A DNA stretch of 64,000 nt from NCBI GenBank assembly GCA_027604505.1, contig JADIIX010000008.1:1-64000 (forward strand), given 5' to 3'. This document shows positions 1 through 9,982 of this stretch, one piece after another (position 1 is the first letter of the stretch; every line of letters starts with the position of its first letter). This DNA is from Gonapodya sp. JEL0774 (Eukaryota). A program made the position numbers and the translations under genes. Under the pieces are notes generated by a model, which saw only the letters and a program-made list of their open reading frames with translations, searched no databases and was not told the origin of the DNA.

Positions 1-77
1 TCTTATTATGTGGTGCTAGTTGTGCCTTATATACATGTGTAGGCTGTGGTCATGTGCGAGGTGTCAATACCACAACA
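1..77 (+). repeat. Exact 77-bp copy of Fanzor intron/exon sequence (identical to 6674-6750); probably the 3' end of a truncated second Fanzor copy extending left of the window
   Basis: TCTTATTATGTGGTGC...GTGTCAATACCACAACA is identical at 1-77 and 6674-6750; the two diverge immediately after. Confidence 0.9.
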
Positions 78-514
78 ACACCCAGTCCCCAGTCCCCATT
101 GCACAATGCACATTCATTGCGGATTCTTGCTACCACCAACAAGTAAATAGTCCAATACTATAGGGGGAGCCATTGCTGCTATGGATTGGGGCGTCTTGGG
201 GGGAATCGTGTCGTTTCTCTTCAGTCGACACTGTGGTCAACATCTGCGACCACAAAAATCCACCCCAATTTTGAGTTTTTTGAGGAAGGAAAGACTAATG
301 GCACAAACTAGAATCGCTAATTACACACAGCACACATGGACCTATGATGGATTCAGGTGTTGCAGCCCTTTCTGAGCTTTGGTCAAGCCTGCGAGCAACC
401 AATATCTGTTGGTTTTTCGCGACATGGGAAGCGGTGTTTGTGTTGGGACTGCTCAGTATGAGCAGCTCTGGTGGGGCTTGTTTGGGGAAAACAGAATTTC
501 GGGTAGACACAGGG

Positions 515-651
515 CAACTCACGATTTGACTCGAGAGTTGAGCCGTGAGTTGGAAAAAAGGTGAGCGAGTTAGTTACGAGTTGAATCAAAACATATCTGA
601 GCGAGTGAGTGACGAGTTACAACAAAAATGAGCAAGTAACTTGCTCGCTCA
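515..651. repeat. Cluster of short direct and inverted repeats (subterminal-repeat-like)
   Basis: CAACTCACG(515-523)/CGTGAGTTG(544-552) inverted pair; 21-nt direct repeat 562-582 vs 598-618 (19/21); hairpin GAGCAAGT-A-ACTTGCTC 630-646; CTCGCTCA 644-651 is the reverse complement of TGAGCGAG. Confidence 0.6.
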
Positions 652-3600
652 TGGCTTTAAGGGGGACAGAATGGTCGAGACAACCCTCGGGAAGCTGCTG
701 CTGCCTGTCTCCCAACCCACTGTGCTTGCCTTGGGCCGGTTCCTTCCGACCACCCCCCCATCCACCCACCCCTTTGGGAGTACAACCATCTGAGCAGCAC
801 TCAGAGGCGCACCCCATCGACACAGACAACAACGTGGCCCAGACAGTGCGCCAAAAGCCCAAGTACATCTGCGAGGCTTTACCTTACTTGAGTAGCTTTC
901 CCGGCTGAGTTACAAAATCTTCCAAGCTAGACTGAGTGCAGCCTGGAATGGTAGCAGGGGCTCACCAAATTGTCTTCCCCTCCCCTCCAAACTCACCCAG
1001 AGCGCTTCCCCTACAAGGATTCCTTGGGGCAGGCTTCCCAACTCTCCACAAGCCCTGCAAGCCCCACGGAGAGCTCAGAGGTTGTCTTGTGCGCAGATGG
1101 CCCATGTCAAGTCGAGCTGGCAGAATGCAGACCGGAACAATTGCGTTCTTCGTGACACAATTGTCCTCCCTCGTCTCGCCGCAGGCATGGACTGGAGGCG
1201 CACGAGATTGACCCAGGGCCACCTTACCGTACAGGTCTCGCAGGGTTTCCAGACTCCCAGGCACGTTAGGCAGAGGTGCTGAGCACTGCACGCTGTGGAC
1301 AAACTGCACTGACAGCCTTCCATTTTATTTTTCACCCGCGAGAAACACGTCTGAATTGACAGTTGACTTGAGACTCGGAGCCTATCCCCCCGACTCTCAC
1401 AGCTCCATGGCTAACCCAAACTCTTTTTTGACACAGCCTAAATTAGTACCAGGGGGCTGGGCCTGGCGGGTCGTCGTCATCACCACACGGTGGGCAGCTG
1501 AGACTGACCAGCAGCGCAAGGGCGCCCGGACCATAGTTTAGTATGGGAGAGGAGCCTGCCAAAACCGACGCAAGCCTCTGTCCCCAGGCATGACTGTACT
1601 TGTGGCCTATGGGCTCTGGAGGCTGAATGCAGCGTGACTCCCCCCACTCCCACCATCAGCAGGGACGTCTGTGTACTCCACCGTGACTGTCTGCTGAACT
1701 GCCCCCCTCACTTGCTTGTCATCCTCTGTGCAGCTCCCTGCCGCATGCCCTAGAATCAATGGGGCTTTGGTGTGGGCACGGTACAGTGGCCCCTTGAGCT
1801 GCTGTTGAACTGATTTTGGGACACCCCCCCCTTCTTCATCAGCTAATCGGCTCCTGCGTCGTGGCGCCCTCCAACCCCACGCCTTTTCCCCATATCAGTC
1901 TCCATGCCCCTTGCCACGCGGTTCTCACGCCAGCTTGCTCGTGAGGCTGTGGACTTGGAGGCGGCGCTCTGGAAGCTCCGCCACACATTGGCCTACCTCT
2001 ACTTCCTAGCCTCTAGCAGCACAAGGAGGCGAGTTTTCTCGTCAGCCAGGTGGCTGCTGGTCACGCCGCAATGGTTGGGCAGTCAGCCTGTGTCAATCAT
2101 CCACCTCACGTAAGATAATGACTGGCGGGATGCGGTGCCAGGAGATGAGTTTCATATTGATAGACAATCTTAGTTCTACTTTTGTATTTCTTTAGCTCAG
2201 TTACAGGTTCAAAAAAATTGAGATGTTCGAAAACATGGTGGAAGTGCAGATTGATTGCTGCCTGTGGCATCACAACCACCTCTTGAAAATCTGCACAATG
2301 TCCGCAAGGGGGCATTGCGATTTCACGTCCAGCATTTCACCGGTGTCCGCAACAACTAATTAATGCCGCGAATCTCCATCGCGCAAATCCAATTCCGGCA
2401 GGAAAAACTTCAAAATTCTTGAGCTCATATGGATTTCACAGGGCTGATCACAAGAAACAAGCTGTGACTTTGTGTATGTCATTCTCGCTTTCCCACGTTG
2501 CACACAGTCATGCAAAGTAGCAAAGGAGTGACAAATGAGGCATTCAAAAAGGCTTCCACGATTAAAGCCCAATTTTCACCTCACTTTCATCTGGAGCCTG
2601 CCATGCCGCCAGATGCTGTGCGTCACGGGCGTCACAAGAGGACGTTGCCCTCTCCCAACACAATACGCCGTCAAGAAAGGCGAACAGCCAAGAATGCCAA
2701 AGACAAAGCCAGGAATGAGCTGCTGTCTGAGGAGGAACGGCTGACTGACAAATATCTCAAAAGAGGGGGTGACACACCAGAGACAGAGGTGTTTAATGGA
2801 AGGACACAAAGAGCTGCTGGGGGACTCATAAGAGGCGTAGTAGGCGTTGCCCACGAGCTCTACTTGTGCCGCCACTCTGCAGCTTATGTGGTTGGTTGGG
2901 TCACACGGCAAGCTCCAATGGCAGTTGCCCTTATCTTGGCGTGCAAAATGTATATTCTTTGTTTGTTGTGTGCAGTGTTGCATGACGTTGTTGCTCTGTT
3001 TTCTTTTGATCTTCCTGATCTGACTTGTTTCTGTCTCCCATACTCCACACCCCTCAACTTTATCACGCCGCTCCTGTGGCATTCTCTCTGACAGAGGGGG
3101 CAAACCAGGGCCCAGGGCCCTCCCCCAGACCACGACAACAACGATGAAATGTCCGAACTCGATGATCGCAATGTGCACATGAATCTTGATGGTGATTGTT
3201 TTTTGAGATTGAATTCGCAAACATCATTTCACCTGAAATTTTATTCCCTTCTATGCCTCGAACAGACTCAATTTTTTTACTCTGACTCTCTGTCCTATGT
3301 CATCTCTGGCAGCACCTGACTCCAATCCCTCGATGCCCCCAACACCTCTGCCAGCTACAGCAACATCCCCTCAAGTATCTGCATGCACAGATGCAATACC
3401 CCTGTTGGATTACGTCTCTCCTCCATCTGCACCAAGCCTCCTCTCCCAGCCTCCACCTCCTTCGTCCTTATCACACGTCCCAACTCAAGCAGCAGCATCC
3501 TTTTTGCTGCCAGCACAACATCTACCCAAACCACCCCCTGGTCTGTATTGGGGGGAGGGGCCCACTTCAGCTATTCCAAAGTATGTAGAAGTCCCACCTC

Positions 3601-5265
3601 AACGCCCACCTGGTCGCCCAAACAGTGAGTAGGATGTGAGATTGGAAATCTTGTCAGCTTTTTCAGTGTCTTAATTAATAAATTATGCTTATTGTCTCCC
3701 CCTTCTGCCTGCGTCCACCTCTAAAACCTCCCATTATACTCTCAATCCAACCATGTCGATTCAGCCCCTGCTCTGCAACATCCAAGGTCAAACCCACCAC
3801 CTAATCCAGAGCCCTCGAATCCGCCACAGCCAGGCACATCTAACTCAGTGGCTGCTAGCCAAGCAACTGCAGGTAAGCCTAAAGGTGCGTCTGTTTTCAT
3901 GCAAGAGAGGACATTTAGTAATCAAAAGTAATGAGCTTTCGAGAGGTTGGGGGCGGTTACGATTCTTATCTATTCTTCTTCATCGCTCTTTCGCTGTGCA
4001 CTACTGTGGTCACTAGTGCTGCACTCTCGCCCCACACTCCAAGTCTAACCGCTCACTACATATCTCCACAACCACGAACGCTAGAGACATCGTTCAAGTA
4101 CCAAAACGGATCTACTCTCCAAGACGGTTCTAATGCGCCTAACAGCGTACTTTGATCACTATCCACTGTTGAGCTATTTGGCATCCAAACTCTACCCATA
4201 CTTCAATAAAAAGCCCAGCTCTTATCTTTCTATTTCCCATCTGCAGACACCTATGCGAACACAGTGAACCCAGCAGACAGGGGGAGACACGTTTACTTGA
4301 GAGGGAACGTTGAATTTGGTGGAGACAATCCTACCGGTGTGCCATTCACAATCTCCTGCACTTTTTGGCACTTTTTTATACCAGCGTACCACTCACTATC
4401 TGGAAAGAGACGCAGAGTACATTGCACTCCAGGTAAGTAACATGCCCAATCTCTTTCCGGCAGCCAACCATCATTCTTTTTATTAAAGTGGTATTGCTTT
4501 CATCTCTTGCCCTTGTGCATAGGTGACACGTGCCACCTGGGAGTCAAGAGCACTGTACAACAACTTCATCACCTTAGTCCACAAAGCCCAGTATGACTTC
4601 AATAGAAACAGGCTCACTGTGGAATGGGGAATGTTCGTTGACAAAGATGAGGCGTGGTACCACAACGGGGTGGAGGCTCATCCAAATTTGCCTCACCTGG
4701 GTGACAACGACTGTTGTGAGACGACGGCTAAAAGCGGGAGTTTAGCCGGAGTCACGTGACCCCACGAGCACGACATCTGTTGTCCCTGTTCACCTCCACG
4801 CGTCACCCCTGGTCGTGGCACCCATTCCTTAGTTAGATATGATATCTATTAGTACATAGATGCGTATAGAGTAGTTTTTAGATTTTTCTAGTGATCTTAG
4901 TTGTGCCAGCGGCTCGGCTGTGACCGCTTGGTGACGCACTGTACTCGAGTTCAGATATACATACATTGAGTTTCGGGACAGAAACCCACCGGTTCCGCCG
5001 CGAACCACACACGACCCTTGACACCAACTGCCAGACCTCCCTCAACAACCTCAAGCTCCGAACCCACAATGGTTTGATGCCCTGCGTGGGTGGGTACAGG
5101 CTCATTTCCGTCAAGGTCTTGGTAGACCAGCATAGCCTTACCAAGCCCCGGACTTGCTCTTACCTCATCTGGCTGTAAGTTGAATTTGCATGTCAGAGGT
5201 CTCTCTTATATTGCACTTTGTGTTCTTCGTTTACGTAAATCTTTCTTGAAATCCTCTGCTTGTAG

Positions 5266-7781
5266 TTTGGCACGACGCTGCAGGGTCAACGCCTGCAAGC
5301 TGTCTCGAGACAACCACACAATTCATTCCAGCCAAAGCCCGTAGACAGTTTCCCGCAGTTGGCAACTTATGCACGGAACTACTACTACCCCAATCGCAAA
5401 GCAGAGCCATTCTCTGACGCAAGAGGTGAGTTGGGGGAACATGAGTGGGATTTCAAGGATAATGAAATAAATGATAGCTAAGGTTTGTTTCTACCATATT
5501 CCACCTGTTCATAGGTCTTAGCTCTGTATTCCAGGGGTTGCTGTAGAACTACACACAATTGCGCAGAACATGGTGGCAACAAACGTCCCCATCCGCCTCA
5601 AACACGACGTTCGAAGACGAATCTTCAATCTACTCTCTACTTTCAATGGTGGCATAGGACGCGAACCTGTGACATTTTCCCGGAGCACCGCCAGGGGAGC
5701 TGCAGGATTCACTTACGGCTTGCTTTACAGATGGGAGTGTTTTTGGAGCCTCAAAGTGATATAATTATCTGATTTACATTTTTTTTTTTTGTTTTACTTT
5801 TGTATTTGCCAGCATCACCGTTTGCCTTATCACCTCAGTTCGATGCCCTTATCACACGCCTGGAGGTGAAGCAGGTGTTTGGACATCAGACTCTTCATGC
5901 TAGGGTCACTGAGGGTCTTCGGGGAATTTACAATTACAGCCGCGCTATTTGCGCCAGGAAGGATTTACGACTGGCAGGCTTACAAAACCAATGGGATCTG
6001 TGGCACCCAACCCTGTTTCATATACAAACAGGATTTGATTCCCAGAGAGAAAAACGGGGACTGTTCAAACACTTTGCTATGGCACCCCATGGCAGTACCC
6101 AAGTGTCAATGGCTTTATTCTCCACCAGTGGTCTTTTTGAGCTTTTGAGGCTTTCGAAGACCTTGCAAAACCATCACCACCTCCTGCAAGCAGAGAAGGA
6201 TGTGATCAGAAACAAACTGGTGCGAAACCTTGACCAGATGAACCTGCAGGACGTCTTGGAATTTTGGAAAAAGGTCACAAATTTCGAAGACTACCAGACA
6301 GTGAACCATAAATTTGCGTGCAGGTAGGTGTCTAGGGTTTCTTATCTTTGAGTGCTTTCAGTCTGGTTACCTCTGCATGAATTATCACACTCTTTGCTCT
6401 CATTTTCTAAAACAGTTTCCGAACAGACGGTGTAGGGGTTCGAATCTCCATGAGAAAACGTGAAGCACATGGTGGAATGCTAGACTTAACAGGTTGGCTG
6501 GAGAAGCCCTTGGCAGCGCGAGATCTTCTTGGAAAAATGGTCGCGTCTTGTGTCCCAGGTCGTAATCGCACAACCTATTGTAGTGGGGCTGTCACTACGT
6601 ATCGATCTCAGCCCTCTATGATGGGATGGTGGCCTAGTGATAGGCCTGGAGTGTGAGATGGTGTGAAGTGTGATCTTATTATGTGGTGCTAGTTGTGCCT
6701 TATATACATGTGTAGGCTGTGGTCATGTGCGAGGTGTCAATACCACAACACTATCATGCCGTCGTGGACGTGCCAATTGGCCACCCAAACGCAGTCCCCC
6801 CTTTGGATCCAGTTTCATTCAACACTTGGAACCCCAACTACAATCGCGGCTTCACCACAAACAAATATTACGAACGTGCTGGTTACTTAACCAACGAGTG
6901 AGTGGACAACCTGGCCGCAATTGTTTCTTCATTTTCTGAAACATGGATAAACCTTCCTTTTATTCCATATGACATCCTCCCTTTAATTTCATTCAGGAGA
7001 ATCCGCGCAAAACGGATGAATTGGAATGCCTGCGTGAACGACTTCAACAGGAGTGTGAAATCGTACAGAACAGTGGATCATGCAGCTCTCCTTGTCGATC
7101 CTCAGTTCCGCCTGAGGGAACTTACTTATGTGATGAGGCTTTATGCAATTCGGCGGTGGCAATGGTATGTTTCTTTTGCTTCCCTCTCAGTGACTCAGCA
7201 CACACAGGTTGATGCATTTTTTCCAGGCTAAATCTGGTCAACAACAAGCTCTAGCCCAGCTCATGGACAAATTGTTAGGTGGTAGGAACCCGAACGAGTG
7301 TGTGATAGCGTGGGGTGTAGCAGAGTTTCACCAAGTAAGTGGTATTTTCTGCCTGTGTCCTGCGAGTGCCAGGTTGATGATTGTGATACTTCCAACCCAG
7401 GCTTCCAAAGGACATTGGACGTCGCCAAATAAGCTGATCCGAAGATACTTTGTGACGCGAGGAGTGACTCTGATCTTGATAGACAAATTTCGCACCTCAA
7501 GGATCTGTTCGAGTTGCCACAACTTCTTTCCCAAGGACGAGGGGACGAAGCAGAGGCTGTGGGGTGTATGGTGAGTTTGATCAGCTGCAACAATGCTGAG
7601 GAAGATGGATGCCAAAGACAGCATCATACTTGTTCCCGCACTCCCCACCAGGTCATGCGCGACCATGAATTGTGGCATAACTTGGAATCGTGACAGGAAT
7701 GCCGCCCGGAACATTTTGTACCTTTTCTTCCACGCCAACGCCACTGGCACCATCGTCCGCACCGGCCTCTTCCAACGGTGA
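5266..7781 (+). CDS. Fanzor1 (TnpB-like RNA-guided nuclease family), multi-exon, RuvC catalytic residues substituted; 5' end uncertain and possibly damaged
   Basis: Exons 5813-6323, 6416-6650, 6716-6897, 6997-7164, 7208-7334, 7401-7570, 7652-7781 splice in frame (GT-AG). They give KFACSFRTDGVGVRIS (TDG motif), VASCVPGR (RuvC-I, D>V), KYYERAG, VIAWGVAEFHQASKG, LIDKFRTSRICSSC (RuvC-II E>K plus ZnF) and CATMNCGITWNRDRNAARNI (ZnF plus RuvC-III). Confidence 0.88.
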
Positions 7782-7929
7782 AGCGCAGGCTGTTCACTGG
7801 TTAGTTTTATTTATCATTTGGAGATTCTCTCCACCCACACTCCCTTCACATTTCTTTTGCACATGACTACTCCTGTACCTGCCCTCCACTTCCCAACTCC
7901 CTCCAGCCATCTTCTACCAATTTCTCAAT

Positions 7930-8055
7930 CCCTAGACGCTGCCGCCATCCAGGCAAAATAATAGGCGGTGCACATTCACATTGCACCTCGTGAATGTGCA
8001 TAGGCTCCTCCTGGCGTTGGGCTCTCAGGGCCGACTGTGATCCGGGGTGGGGACC
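7930..8055 (+). ncRNA. Putative Fanzor omegaRNA scaffold plus adjacent guide
   Basis: Downstream of the Fanzor stop: perfect 11-bp hairpin TGCACATTCAC(7969-7979)/GTGAATGTGCA(7990-8000), GCCGCC/GGCGGT stem, CCAGG(7949-7953)/CCTGG(8010-8014) potential pseudoknot, and a possible closing stem ~7930-7940/8013-8021. Confidence 0.5.
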
Positions 8056-8278
8056 TTTAAGAATTACAGAACGGCATAAGACCCTTAGGAGTACAAAGCA
8101 GTGTCATATTTTGGTTGTGCATGTTATAGGGGCAACTACTAGATATGTATCACCCAAAGCATCGCGGCCAGCGATATAGCACCCACGAAAGAGGTTGAAG
8201 GGGAACCGTCGATGGAGGTGCCGCCGCCGCCGTCTGGCCGGGCCGTCCTCGCACACAAAAGACAGTTTTCTTTGATCC

Positions 8279-9925
8279 ATGATGGCTGCCCCAATAACAA
8301 TAAACAGCGATCGTCTTTGGGGTACAATCCAAGACACTGCGAAGTTCGGTGGGACTGCGAAGGGAGGAGTGTGTCGGCCGGCCTTGAGTGAGACCGACAA
8401 GCAAGTTCGGGATTGGTTTGTGAACCAAGGCCGAAAACTAGGATGTGAGGTCTTCTGGGATGAGATGGGCAATGTGTTCATCAAGCGCAAGGTGATTGTC
8501 AATGGATGGTACAGAGTGCAGGATGCGTGGTGTGATCCATGTCGCACACAGGGCAAAAGTTGCTCGCTCCCTCCCATTGCGATAGGGAGCCACTTAGATA
8601 CGCAGTTCACAGGCGGAAAGGTGAGAGAAATCGGTATCTCGTAGGAGACCCATACTCATGGTCGTCGTCCACTCCCCATAACTTGTTCGTCCGTTGCAGT
8701 TCGACGGAATACTGGGAGTCCTATGTGGTTTGGAAGTCCTTCGCACTCTTGAGGAGCGTGGAATTCAGACTAATGCACCGATCATGGCTGTTTCGTGGAC
8801 GTGAGCTTTCACCATGTCCTTCGACCTCTAAAACCGTTAATCAAATCATTTCCAAGTGATGAGGAAGGTTGTCGTTTCTCCCCCGCCATGCTTGCGAGTG
8901 GCGTTTGGGGTGGAGCATTCACCAAAGAATACGCTTACTCTCGAGAGGACATGCAGCATGCCACTTTTGGTGAAGAGCTCGAAAGAATTGGCTACAAAGG
9001 TGTGTTGCCCTGCGACGGGAATGTCAATAAACTGGCGGCACACTTTGAGCTCCACATCGGTGAGCGCAGTTATCTCACAATTCTCTGAAGCAAGATTGAC
9101 TATCGTCAGCATGACCTTGTAGAGCAGGGACCAGTGCTAGAAGATGAAAAGCTGTCAATAGGAATTGTGAACGGTGTTCAGAGCATCAAATGGGTAAGAT
9201 ATCTGACTTCATGCGTGATGCCAGCTCGCTAAAGTACTCAGTGATGATGCCCTTTGCAAAGTTCAACTGCTCCATAACAGGCCAAGACTGTCACGCCGGA
9301 ACTACTCCCATGCGATTACGCAAAAATGCTCTTCATGTAGCGTGTGTCATAATTGACGCAGTCAACTCTATCGCACTTCGACACGAGAACGGGGTCGCGA
9401 CTGTTGGCGTGATCGAGTCCAAACCCCAGTCAATTAACACCGTTCCTGGTAGCTGCTTTTTTACGGTTGACTTAAGACACCCAGACGATGACGTTCTCTC
9501 CATCATGAAGGAGGAATTCGAGAGGGAATTGGCGGATATTGCAAAGAGACTGAAAGTGGCGTACACACTTGAGGAAATTTGGAACTGCCCTGCTACGAAG
9601 TTCCACCCGAGCTGTATAGAAGCTGTAAAGTCAGCGGTAGCAAAGCTCGGGTACCCCGCGCGTGAGATCACTTCTGGAGCTGGACACGACTCAGTGTACA
9701 CTTCCAGGCATTGTCCCACTTCCATGGTTTTCATACCGTGTTTGAATGGTAGGAGAGAGAAGATGTTCTGTCAGCTGTTATGAAGCATTTATCACGCTGT
9801 TGCCTTTGCCACTTGCAGGCATATCACACAATGAGTTGGAATCAGCGGAGAAGGAAGATTGTGCAATGGGAGCCAATGTTCTGCTAAATGCTGTACTTGC
9901 CTTCGATGAAAATTTGCGTACATAG
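8279..9925 (+). CDS. M20-family Zn amidohydrolase (beta-ureidopropionase / N-carbamoyl-L-amino-acid amidohydrolase-like), multi-exon
   Basis: Motifs GGVCRPALS, GSHLDTQFTGGK-FDG, EEGCRFSP, FELHIEQGP, HAGTTPM, SGAGHDS; stop TAG 9923-9925. Confidence 0.92.
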
Positions 9926-9982
9926 GAATACACATTTATGTTCTATAAACTACCTTGCAGAACACCCACACGACCAGCCTTC

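Larger units (their letters stand above)
222..8037. mobile_element. Putative Fanzor-carrying transposon (boundaries tentative)
   Basis: Fanzor gene near the right end; imperfect 14-bp inverted repeat CAGTCGACACTGTG (222-235) vs CTCAGGGCCGACTG (8024-8037), 11/14 match; the interior lacks recognisable host genes; no TSD or transposase recognised. Confidence 0.3.

Noticed and set aside
609..2113. Possible transposase in the minus-strand coding-like fragments
   Set aside because: Frames are interrupted by stops and no DDE, HUH or recombinase motif could be recognised
4830..4875. AT-rich palindrome TAGATATGATATCTA as the Fanzor element left end
   Set aside because: No matching sequence at the right end; not distinguishable from chance without other copies
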